From Octopus sinensis (taxonomy: Eukaryota): a DNA stretch of 64,000 nucleotides. The notes beneath the pieces were generated by a model that was given only the letters and a program-made list of their open reading frames with translations, had not been told where the DNA came from and searched no databases. Both the position numbers and the translations under genes were made by a program. Where the stretch lies: NCBI RefSeq assembly GCF_006345805.1, contig NC_042999.1:106764001-106828000 (forward strand), written 5' to 3'. Numbering within the stretch: position 1 is the first letter of the stretch; the number at the start of each line of letters is the position of its first letter. Of the stretch, positions 52,877 through 64,000 are shown piece by piece.

Positions 52877-52924
<48 letters not shown>

Positions 52925-52937
<13 letters not shown>

Positions 52938-53314
52938 CTGAAGTTGTCTGTGTATGGCAGGTTTGGTAGCCTTCAATTAATACTATCTCCTCCGAGATCC
53001 TACAGTGCAAGTTGACCAAAATTGATAGTATGATAGAAGAAGGCTTGCTCTTCCGTCTGTAGAAGAAAAAAATTCCAATCGGACCATGTTAACACCAAAA
53101 ATTATTTACATCAAACAGGTGCTTTTTTTCTATGAAAATCCCTATTTTTTACGATCTTTTGACTGCTGTGTCACCATTTTTCGATGTATTTCAACCAGAA
53201 AAATGTTCACTTAAAGACAATAACAAGCTACATAAGGCAAAAGTTTTACTTTTCAAAAATTCCAATTCTAAAGGGTCGAAACAAACCCGAGAAATGCCAG
53301 GTGATACTGCTAGT
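52925..53314 (+). mobile_element. Probable non-autonomous Helitron
   Basis: Begins in (TA)n with TATAAAGCTGAAG and ends with a decayed GC hairpin ACCCGAGAAATGCCAGGT followed by CTAG|T. Confidence 0.55.
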
Positions 53315-53459
53315 ATATATATATATATAAATTAGAAAAAACCACTATTATGCAATTCAATAGGGTGGTGCAGAAGAGGTGCATGTTGTTTTTGAATTTT
53401 TTCCTGTAAGTTTGGAGTTATACTCCCTAATATTCATGCTAGCACATATATCATGATGA

Positions 53460-53501
<42 letters not shown>

Positions 53502-54599
53502 ATCTGTGAAGTAGTGTACCAATTTGTTTCTGTGTAAGAATATTAGTTGATAAAAAAATCCCACAAATAAAATGAGTAAAATTGTGAGACAAGGAGACAA
53601 GCAAATATCAATACATGTCATGCAAGCAAAATATGTGAGTGAAAAAGCATAGAAATATAAAACAAAAAAAGAACAATGGAAGAAGTGTAAAATGAAATTA
53701 TATACACCAATAGAAGGAACAGAGGAGAATCTAACATTTTGGCTTGTCATGTAAGCAGACATAAATTTAGTATCATATATTTTTTTTTACTTTTCTCTTG
53801 ACTTTTCATTCCTTTTCTTTCTCATTGTTAACCATTTGACTCTCATCTGAAACATATGATGCTCCTCTGTTCTCCCAACAGAGCATTCAGTTTTGTTCTA
53901 ATTTTCATCCATAATTTCTTTTTCTTTTTTTTCATTTTATATTTACACTGGATGGAAGTCGACTGAATAATGAATATGATGATTACTAATGAGCAGTAAA
54001 ACAGAGATGACTATTTTAGCCCAGCTGATGATTTGCAGTTTTTCCCAAAACTGTCACATTAATGTTCTCACTTAAATGCTATGCAGAATCTTGACATTTG
54101 GTGTTGTGCATGAATATATGAACCAGTGTGTTTGCAGACCACCAGTTGAAAGACAAAATTTATTACAAGACTACTAGACATATATTCTTTCAGATAGCAA
54201 AGATTTATTATTAGTTTGTTTTGGTCCATGTAATCTCGAGGGTATAATAGAACCAGCCTTAGGTAGACAAACTCAGTTGCAAATGGAGTATTAGAAAAAA
54301 TTATTGATATCTGTGGAGTTTCCTTTCAGTGCATCCTGTTTTAATGTTTTCCTGTGTTTATCTTCAAAATATATAGGTTCCTTCAGTGTATGTTTCTTCT
54401 GTGATGGCCTATCAGTGACAGTGAAACATTTATTGTCAAAACATGCATTTTGTCTGTTATGTTGTGGGGCTGCAAAACACGGACATTATAATTGAAACAT
54501 AAATGTGGGAATGTTCTCAATAAAATTGTCTTTGACAAATTTAGCATATATTTAAGGGATACTGAGAGAAGTTGAAATTTTGTATATATCTTCCTTTTA

Positions 54600-54975
54600 A
54601 CTTTTATCTATTACTTATTTCAGTCATTAGACCAGGGCAATGCCTTAAGGAATTTTGGTTAAATGAATTGACCGCAATATTATTTTTAAAGCCAAGTACT
54701 CATTTTCTCAGAGTGTTTTGCTGAATTGATAGGTTACAGGGATGTAAACTCAAGCAGTGATTGGGTGCAAACACAGACACAAAGGCACACACACATAGAT
54801 ACATATCTATATATATGACAGGCATCTTTTAGTTTCCATCTAAAAAATCCACTCACAAGGCTTTGGTCAGCCGGAGGCTATAGTAGAAGACCCTGTCCAA
54901 GATGCTACACAGTGGGATTGAACTCAGAACCACGCAGTTGGGAAGTAAGTTTCTTACCACACAGCCACACCTGTG
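54600..54975 (-). mobile_element. SINE family 2
   Basis: Head GTGGCTGTGTGGTAAGAAACTTACTTCCC; tail region TGACTGAAATAAG. Confidence 0.75.
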
Positions 54976-55434
54976 CCTATAGCCACATCTGTGTCTATAG
55001 CCATACACGTGCATAGCAAATATTGTATACGTAGAAGCTCTCTAGTTATATTGAAGACTGATGGAGTCCATAGCCTTTACTTCATAGAAAACTATGACTT
55101 CTTTACTAACATAAGACCCAAGTTAAAATAGAAGGATTGCTTTAAATTTAATCTGGAAAATAATGGCAACATTCTTGAGCAATTACTCTGTCTGTATTCA
55201 CCAATTTCTGTAGGATTTAAACTCTAAACAGGACGAAAATGGGCAGAGGTTGTGCATCTGTTTCTGCAGTCTGCTTTTGCAAGCATTTCACTTGTCATTA
55301 TATATATATACATTTATGCTGTTTGAATCTGTGTATGTGTACATTTGTGTATATGTGTGAAAACATAATTATGCAAATATGTGCATAGGTGAGTGAACAC
55401 CACACACACATATGTATATACATATATACATACA

Positions 55435-55468
<34 letters not shown>

Positions 55469-55485
55469 CATATATATATATATGC

Positions 55486-55538
<53 letters not shown>

Positions 55539-55680
55539 TATATATATATATATGTATATATATGTTATATATATGTGTGTGAGTTGTGTAATTTTTTGCT
55601 ACCCTGGTAACTATTTATCTATTTTTTCTGTGTTAATTGTTAACAAGGGAAAAATACACACATCTATGTATATATATATA

Positions 55681-56093
55681 TAGTGTGTTGTGAATTTATG
55701 GAAAGAGATCCCATAAAACTCAACAATTTTGATAAAAATGGAGAAGAGATGTTAAAATATATAAGAGAATTTTAATCCATGCAGACGATCATTTCGTACA
55801 GAGATATAAAAATCAAGCAAATTCATGCTTTTTCCTTTACCAAGTCCTTTGAAAAAATTTTGTTTATGCTTCTTGCACTCAAGAGTACAGTGATTTATAA
55901 TTAATTTAATTTAATCTAATCAATTTAATTAATTCTATTCAACCATGAATTTGCATGAAAATTATATCATTGTACAAAATGATCATTTGCATGAATTAAA
56001 ATTCTCTTATATATTCTAACATCTTCTCTTCTCCATTTTTATCAAAATTGTTGAGTTTTGTGGGATTTCTTTCCATAATTTCACAACACACTA
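55681..56093. mobile_element. MITE with ~130-bp TIRs, TA-flanked
   Basis: TAGTGTGTTGTGAATTTATGGAAAGAG... / ...CTTTCCATAATTTCACAACACACTA. Confidence 0.8.
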
Positions 56094-56114
56094 TATACAA
56101 GTATTCTTCCCTTA

Positions 56115-56664
56115 ATGCATACCTTCCCTTCTTGGGACACAAAACTCTACTTGTGAAGACGTGTTGAGGCAAGTGAGGATCAGAATCGAAATCGATCAAT
56201 GGAAATTGCGGATGTGCTACCGGTGGCATGTCGAAACTCTGCTTGTGAAGACCCGTTGAGGCAAGTGAGGATCAGAATCGAAATCGATCAATGGAAATTG
56301 CAGATGTGTTACCAGTGCCGGTGGCATGTAAGAGAACTTACTGTTTCGCGACCGTTGCCAGCACCGCCCCGTTTCATGTCCGTTGCCAGCCTCGCCTGGC
56401 CCTCGTGCCGGTGGCACATAAAAAGCACCATCCGTTCGTGGCCGTTTGCCAGCTCTGTCTGGCACCAGTGCGGGTGGCACGTAAAAAGCACCCACTACAC
56501 TCACGGAGTGGTTGGCGTTAGGAAGGGCATCCAGCCGTAGAAACACTGCCAGATTTGACTGGGCCTGATGAAGCCTTCTGGCTTCACAGACCCCAGTAGA
56601 ACCGTCCAACCCATGCTAGCATGGAAAACGGACGCTAAACGATGATGATGATGATGATGATGAT
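56115..56664 (+). mobile_element. RTE LINE 3'UTR-only copy, near-identical and inverted relative to 49768-50338
   Basis: About ten substitutions and two indels by eye; (GAT)n tail. Confidence 0.92.
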
Positions 56665-57012
56665 TTTCATATTCACAATTTTACACCAGTAAGCCACCAG
56701 CAAAATATGAAGAATCTATATTAGAAATCTGTTTTGGAAACCTCCAAATTAGATGACGAATCCAATTCAACCTTTTTACACACACACACGCACACATATA
56801 TATATTGTTTTATTCTTTTACTTGTTTCAACCATTTGACTGTGGCCATGCTGTAGCACCACCTTGAAGGGTTTTAGTTGAATAAATTGACCTCAGGACTT
56901 CTTAAGCCAAGTACTTTTTTTGTCAAGCACTAAGCTACAGGGATGTAAGCAAACCAATACTGTTTGTCAAGTGGTGACAAGGGAACAAACACAGACACAA
57001 AGACGCACACAC

Positions 57013-57051
<39 letters not shown>

Positions 57052-57052
<1 letters not shown>

Positions 57053-59652
57053 CATCATCATCATCGTTTAACGTCGGTTCTCCATGCTAGCATGGGTTGG
57101 ACGGTTCGACCGGGGATCTGGGAAACCAGAAGGCTGCACCAGGCTCCAGTCTTATCTGGCAGTGTTTCTACAGCTGGATGCCCTTCCTAACGCCAACCAC
57201 TCCGTGAGTGTAGTGGGTGCTTTTTACGTGCCACCTGCACAGGTGCCAGGCGAGGCTGGCAATGGCCACGGTCGGATTGGTGCATTTTACGTGCCACCGG
57301 TACGGAAGCCAGTCGAGGCGGCACTGGCATCGGCCACGATTCGGATGGTGCTTTTTACGTGCCACCAGTCCAGGGGTCCTGGCATCTGCTGGGTGCCAGT
57401 CATAGGATTGGTTCAATTTCGATTCCGATTTCGATTTCACTTGCCCCAACAGGTCTTCGCAAGCAAAGGGGGGGTTGGCATGGGTGCCTGTCGTCGGATG
57501 AGGTTCGATATTGACTTCACTTGCCTCAACAGGTCTTTGTGTGTCCAAGGGAGGAAATGCATGCATACGTGGGCTGGACTCACTTGTCCTGCTTGGTCTT
57601 CTCACGCACAGCATATTTCCAAAGGTCTCGGTCACTGGTCATTTCCTCAGTGAGGCCTAAAGTTCGAAGGTCGTGCTTCACCACCTCGTCCCAGGTTTTC
57701 CTGGGTCTACCTCTTCCACGGGTTCCCTCAACTGCTAGGGATTGGCACTTTTTCACACACCTATCTTCATCCATTCTCGCCACATGACCATACCAGTGCA
57801 ATCGTCTCTCTTGCACACCACAACTGATGCTTCTTAGGTCCAACATTTCTCTCTGTTGAGTATCCACACTGACATTACACATCCATCGGAGCATACTGGC
57901 TTCATTCCTCGTGAGCTTACACATGTCCTCAGCAGTCACGGCCCATGTTTCACTGCCATGTAGCATGGCTGTTCGTACACATGCATCATACAGTCTGCCT
58001 TTTACTCTGAGTGAGAGGCCTTTAGTCACCAGCAGAGGTAAGAGCTCCCTAAACTTTGCCCAGGCTATTCTTATTCTAGCAGTTACACTTTCAATGCACC
58101 CACCCCCACTACTGACTTGGTCACCTAGATAACGGAAGCTATCAACTACTTCTAGTTTTTTCCCCTGGAAAATGACGGAAGTTGTTTTCTGCAGATTTTC
58201 AGAGTTTATTGCTCCTGAGCATCTGCCACATACAAAAACTATCTTCCCAGTTAGCCTTCCTTTGACATTTCTGCACCTCTTATGTGTCCATAGCTTACAC
58301 TGGGTACATCTTATAGAGTTTCTACCTATACCTTTTCTACAGATCAAGCAGGGCCATCTTCCTGAAGACATTTGTGGTTTGTCTACCTTCCTACTTATAA
58401 GTACTTTGGTTTTAGCTAGGTTGACTCTAAGGCCCCTCGATTCTAATCCCTCCTTCCACACCTGGAACTTCTCCTACAGTTCTGATAGTGACTCAGCAAT
58501 TAGAGCAAGGTCGTCAGCATAGAGGAGCTCCCAGGGGCAACCTGTCTTGAATTCCTCTGTAATTGCCTGGAAGACTATGATAAATAGGAGGGGGCTGAGG
58601 ACTGAACCCTGGTGGACTCCAACCTCTACCTTGAATTCTTCTGTGTACATGTTGCCAATCCTAACCTTACTTACGGCATCCCTGTACATGGCTTACACAG
58701 CTCTCACCAGCCATTCATCTATCCCTAGTTTCCTCATTGACCACCAGATAAGGGATCGGGGGACCCTGTCAAAAGCTTTCTCCATGTCAACGAAAGCCAG
58801 GTACAGGGTCTTATCTTTGGCTAGGTATTTCTCCTGCAGCTATCTCACTAGAAATATGGCATCAGTGGTGCTTTTCTCTGGCATGAAACCAAACTGCATC
58901 TATCCAACTTTACTCTCTCCCTAATCAGTTGGGCTATGACCCTCTCTGTAACCTTCATTACCTGATCCAACAGCTTGATACCTCTGTAATTATTTGTATC
59001 TAGGGCGTCCCCTTTACCTTTGTAGCAGTTGACTATTATGCTGCTACACCAGTCATTGGGTATGACTCCTTCGTGTATCACCTGGTTAACTATACAGGTG
59101 ACTAGGTTATAGCCGACACTGCCAGATATTTTGAGCATCTCTGCAGTAATTCCTGGTGGGCCTGGGGCTTTCCCTGTCTTCATGCTTCTAATTGCCTTAA
59201 CTACCAAAGAATTGTCAACTCGGATGGCTGGTCCCTCTGTTGGGTTGACATTCGGCAGACTCTCTTTATCCCATTCATTTTCTTTATTCAGCAACCTTTC
59301 ATAGTGGCGTCTCCAAACCTCTCTCTTTACATCCTCATTTAGCGCAAGTGAACCATCATCCATGCGGACACATTTCTCTCCTACCACATCACGATTCTCT
59401 CCCCCACGCTGTCTTGCAACATGAAATACCTCAAGTCTTTCATCCTCACGGCGCAGAACATTGGCAAATTTTTTCTTATCTGCTTCCCCCCTGGCTAAAT
59501 AAACCTGTCTCCTAGCTTCCCTTCTGGCTGTCTGATACAATTCCCTGCTACCACCGTTCTTCCAGTCCCTCCAAGCCTGTTTCTTTTGTCTAATAACCCT
59601 GTCAACCACATTGTTCCACTATCACATTACTCTGGGTCGAGATGGGACTTTA
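57052..59652 (-). mobile_element. 5'-truncated RTE LINE, frameshifted
   Basis: ORF pieces 58848..59609, 58474..58689 and 57580..58461 are collinear with the 50384 ORF; 3'UTR and (GAT)n tail present. Confidence 0.93.
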
Positions 59653-59728
59653 TAAGCAATATGTGAGAGAGTAATGGAAAGAATCTTAAATGGATGATAG
59701 ACCAAATATATATATATATATTCTACAT

Positions 59729-60100
59729 CAGGCATGTCAAACCAGAGTCTCTATGGGCCTAATTGTTCATATGCATGTTACCATGTGGGCTACATTCCTC
59801 ATATGCATGTTGCCATGGGGACCACATTGCTGACATACATTTTGCCATGGGGACCGTATTTTTTTAGGCACATGTTTACAACAAAATTTTCCATCATATC
59901 AGTTCTTTATTATTAAGTAAAAATCATTTAAATCTTATTTGCTCATCAATAACCATATTTCTATTAATTAGATTATTAATTATTTTCATTATTAAAAAGT
60001 TTTGGATTCCTCATTTTTAAACTTCTAGCTACAACACTTGCAGGCCACACTTGTGTTCAAAAACGACCACATGCAGCCCAAGGGCCACATGTTTTACATA
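59729..60100. mobile_element. hAT/Charlie-like MITE
   Basis: Starts CAGGCATGTCAAAC; decayed end GGGCCACATGTTTTACATA; internal GCCATGGGGACC repeats. Confidence 0.45.
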
Positions 60101-60117
60101 TTTTAGGTTAGGGTAAA

Positions 60118-60458
60118 GAGTAAAGACCCCTTTCGGTCATAAATAATCAAGGGATTGCACCTAGAAAATTACCCTCAGAGGCACAAGTCAAGGCAAGGTT
60201 GTTTATGGAAGACCAGCAATCAGCCATGCATACCAGCCTCCCCTTTTCACACCACCGATGTTATCCAAGGGAAAGGCAAACATTGATACAGCTTGGCAAT
60301 AGTGACATCACAACTCATTTTTATAGCTGAGTGAACTGGAGCAATGTGAAATAAAGTGTCTTGCTCAAGAGCACAATGCATAGCCCGGTCCGGGAATCAA
60401 ACTCACTACCTCATGATTGTAAGCCCAACACTCTAACCACTGAGCCATGCGTCTCCAT
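60118..60458 (-). mobile_element. tRNA-like SINE family 3 (also 62540-62740 - and 44101-44210 +)
   Basis: GCATGGCTCAGTGGTTAGAGTG..GAGTTTGATTCCCG..GAGCAAGACACTTTATTTCACATTGCTCCAGTTCACTCAGCT. Confidence 0.75.
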
Positions 60459-60986
60459 AAATATACATACACAACAAATCACACACAGATACACACACAC
60501 ACACACACATATGTACATGGCTCTTTTTTTGTGATAGTTTAATAGTTAAAACTCTTCTTCAACATCTCATAGGACTAAATTCACAAACTTAATGTAGAAA
60601 CTGAGACTATTTCTACTCATATTATTCATAACAAGACATCATATCTTTATTCATGAATACATAAGAATAGAATTTACCTAAAATAATATGAATAAATTAT
60701 AAAGGGTTCAGATTGATTCAAAATATAAATGATACATTTGTAACCAATAATACATATATGTATATATTAGATTCTAAGAAATGTGATAATTTATTGAACC
60801 ATGATGCGTGTAAAGCAAACTAAATATTGGCATGATTTCAATTCAGCATATAGAGTGGTACAAGCAAATTGTATCTGAGCAAATAAGTGATAAGCTATTT
60901 GGTCAATCAACCTACTAGATATAGCAGCCAAATCTCCCTTAAATCACACCATAAATACTTTCACTGTTGTACAATTTTTCCCACTT

Positions 60987-61006
60987 CAGTAGTAGTAGTA
61001 GTAGTG

Positions 61007-61087
<81 letters not shown>

Positions 61088-61125
61088 TGGTAGTAGTAAT
61101 AGTAGTAGTAGTAGTAGTAGTAGTA
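60987..61125. repeat. (AGT)n microsatellite
   Basis: Seen directly. Confidence 0.97.
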
Positions 61126-61807
61126 GCACCAGTCGTCAGTGGTGGCAGTGATTGTGGCAGTGGAGGTAACAGTGGCACCATTATTGTTTATCCCTGGTCC
61201 ATAATTAACATTGCTCTGGTAGTGACCATCACAACATTTCATTCAAACAAAGGGTTTCTAGAACTGCATTATTTTATTTTGTTCCATCACAGATTTTAGT
61301 CCACATTATATGTTAGTAATTAATTCTCTCTCGCTCTAATGGATATTTATCTTAACATATAATTTATCTTAACTGCCTACCAAAATAGAAAACACTCTAT
61401 TATAGAGAATGGAGCTCTTCGAGATTATAAAATGATAATTATGAGCTATGGATTGGCAAAATTCAGTCACCAACACACTTCACTTGTTATGGTTTTCTCT
61501 ACAGATATACTATAGAAATTATAGCCAGCATTGATTTTGTTATGATGTTTCACATCCAAGATGCCTGATATAAACAACAGTAATGAGATCGACGATGAAA
61601 AATGGGTAATGGTTGTATATGTCATATTTCATGAGATTTTGCTCCTTCTTCAACATTCATCCAACCCCTTTATCATCCACGAGGACATTGCTTAAATAAC
61701 CACTAAATATATCAGTCTAACATTATTGAATATACCAATTTTATATATTAAACACATTCCTGGAAGCTATAAACATAAAGATTAACAACTTGTAGGGATA
61801 CAGTATT

Positions 61808-62130
61808 TTATTTTATGGAGATGTACTTGCATAGCAAGTGACCTGATCTGAGATCGTGTGCTGGAACGAAAACAATTGCAGTGTGGAAGGTGTTTATAAG
61901 CCATTTAAGAAACACTAAAAAACCGTTAGATTCACTTCAACATTTGAATTTAATTTGTCAAAATATTTTCGTTGCTTTGAGACCACGACCTATGGAATTT
62001 TGTCAGTGAACAGGTAGCAATCTCAAAGCAATGAAAATATTTTGACAAATTAAATTTAAATGTTGAAGTGAATCTAACGGTTTTTGTGTGTTTCTTAAAT
62101 GGCTTATAAACACCTTCCATGCTGCAATAG
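61808..62130 (+). mobile_element. Element with a 5' inversion carrying a hammerhead motif (family E)
   Basis: Arms ~61874-61990 and ~62013-62130 are reverse complements. Confidence 0.7.
61999..62049 (+). ncRNA. Type-I hammerhead motif, G3-C8 core variant (family E)
   Basis: TTTGTCA-GTGAACA-G-GTAGC-aatctcaaa-GCAAT-GAA-AATATT-T-TGACAAA. Perfect 7-bp helix I and palindromic helix III; helix II is decayed in this copy (the other arm reads GTCGT..GCAAC). Confidence 0.6.
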
Positions 62131-63014
62131 TATTTTATTTGACTTATAAAAACGTTTAATATACTTTATAGTATACTGTGGTTCCATAACGAAATACCAC
62201 ATCCCTACAAATCATTAATATCAACACACTTCAGCTTCTAGTCTACATATGCATAATAGCCTTATTTTACTTATTCTAGGTCTGATTAAAAACTACTTGA
62301 CTTGCACACACACACACCCCACACCCCACTGCTACTTCAAAACTGTCTAGTTATGCACATATTTCACTAAAACCTACATAATACATCAGAATATATAAGT
62401 AATTACTCTTTTCTTATCTTGTAAATTGTATATCAACACCATAATTCAATGCCCAGCACTAACCACTATACCATTCTTATCTTTACAGACCATTTGGTTA
62501 GTCCACGTTACTCTATAAGTAGCATAGGGCAGATTTCTCAGTTTCTCGGTGGATATATTCATGCCAGGATGGAATGCCAGTCTGCCACAGGATTACTCAT
62601 TTTTATCAGCTGAGTTTACTAGAAGAAAATGAAATGAAGTGTATCGCTCAAAAACACAATGCATTGCCCAGTCCAGGTATTGAAACTACAATCTTATTGT
62701 CATGAGTCCAACACCCTAACCATAAGCCATGCACCTCTACTTACAGATCATTATTCCCTGGGAGTTCTCATCCTGCCAACTTCTTAGTTGCAGCTACTGA
62801 TTCACAGATGTTTAAATTAACCACCAACATTATCACTCTCATCATTCTTGGAAAGCTTATAAAGTTATAGTCAGAGGATTTTTTCCTTTAAGTAAACCTG
62901 AACTAAAATTGGCTGCATGCTTAAGAATTTGACTTTGCAACTACTTAATTTCAAATTCAATTTGACTGTACTATACCCTGGGCAGCTGTCATCTCAACCT
63001 GAAGCTGATCATTA

Positions 63015-63684
63015 GGGTGGAGTGAAAACAAAAAATTGTAAAATTGAAGATGCCTGAGGGCTAAAATGTAGCTATATTTGATTACTAGAAAGACACCAAA
63101 TTTTTGTTGAGATCAAGCAATGGCATTTACTCCCTCAAGCTCCCTAAACTCCGAAAATGGGTGGGGTTTGTAAATTTTTTACAATAGTGGAGTTTGGAGG
63201 GGTCTGAGGAAGTAAATGATCTTGACTGATCTAAGCAAAACTTTTGCATTTTTCTAGTAATAATATATAGCAAGAGTTTAGGCCTCAGGCATTTTCAATT
63301 TTCACAATTATATATTTTCATTCCACCCTAATACATGTATGTGTGTGGGTATATAGATTGTGCAATGTAGGGTGGAATGAAAATTTATAAATTGTAGAAA
63401 TTGAAAATGCCTGAGGCCTAAAATCTTACTATGTATAATTACTAGAAAAATGCTAAATTTTTGCTTACATCAGTCAAGAGTATTTACTCCCTCAAACCCC
63501 ACAAATTCTGCTCTTGTAAAAAATTTACAAAAATGCTCCGTTTTCAGAATTTAGTGGGGCTTGAGGGAATAAATGCCTTCAATTGATCTCAACAAAAAGT
63601 TAGCATTTTTTCTAGTAATTAAATATAAAAATATTTTAGTTCTCAGGCATTTTCAATTTTACAATTAAAAAATTTTTTCACTCC
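63015..63684. mobile_element. Two ~315-bp TA-flanked MITE copies in inverted orientation, forming a nested palindrome
   Basis: Each unit is GGGTGGA(G/A)TGAAAA...TTTTCA(T/C)TCC(ACCC). Unit 2 (63370-63684) is a diverged reverse complement of unit 1 (63015-63328). Confidence 0.75.
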
Positions 63685-64000
63685 GATCATTGGCTTATCT
63701 GTAGTTGGTAAAAGAAAACTGGTCAAACGTTCATAGTATATATATATATATATATATATACATATATACACATACACACACACACATATATATATATATA
63801 CATATGATAATTGTACATATGTATGCATGCGTTTTTTATTCCACCAGTTTATATTTCACTCAGTTGACGATTCATATATTGTGGATACTTGGTGGCACAC
63901 CAGTGCTAGTGCCATCTTTTAAGATGTTGGCATTAGAAAGGACATCTAACTGTAGACATAGAACCTGGCAGAGTCCTCCGGCTCATCTGCTCTTGTCAAA

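Larger units (their letters stand above)
51891..52882 (+). mobile_element. Hammerhead-bearing tandem element: 100-bp 5' inversion plus 2.46 x 362-bp units, in (TA)n (family D, retrozyme/Penelope-LTR-like)
   Basis: TAGCTGCCGG starts at 51991, 52353 and 52715 (period 362). 51891-51990 is the reverse complement of 52124-52223. Copies differ by only a few bases. Confidence 0.88.

Noticed and set aside
40634-52882. CRISPR array interpretation of the tandem repeats (also 28414-28562)
   Set aside because: Units are contiguous with no unique spacers, there are no cas genes, and the context is eukaryotic.
55298-55683. YIYI/THTH ORFs (also 26014, 28246, 39207, 42256, 60939)
   Set aside because: Translations of (TA)n, (CA)n, (TATG)n and (AGT)n microsatellites.

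Overview
AT-rich, repeat-dense animal genomic DNA, most likely a coleoid cephalopod (Octopus). The species call is an inference from the repeat families recognised. No complete host gene is supported; a few low-confidence exons are candidates. Transposons present: two Tx1/L1-clade LINEs (one with an open APE-endonuclease ORF2 running off the left edge), RTE LINEs with (GAT)n tails (one with an uninterrupted RT ORF), a decayed Penelope element, an RLE-type LINE fragment, a gutted Ty3/gypsy element with a nested solo LTR, several mariner relics, MITEs, a probable non-autonomous Helitron, three tRNA-like SINE families and many microsatellites. The main discovery is five unrelated non-coding repeat families (about 8.1, 40.2, 40.6, 51.9 and 61.8 kb), each carrying a type-I hammerhead ribozyme motif with a palindromic helix III. 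Most have a 5' inverted segment, and two are near-perfect tandem arrays (362-bp and 559-bp units) inserted in (TA)n. Across the families the core 3:8 pair appears as C-G, U-A and G-C, i.e. compensatory covariation. This looks like a diverse Penelope-LTR/retrozyme-like system. A second notable signal is that the Tx1 3' terminus, bounded by a TSD, is shared with the tail of the commonest SINE. All folding and alignments were done by eye; no searches were run.
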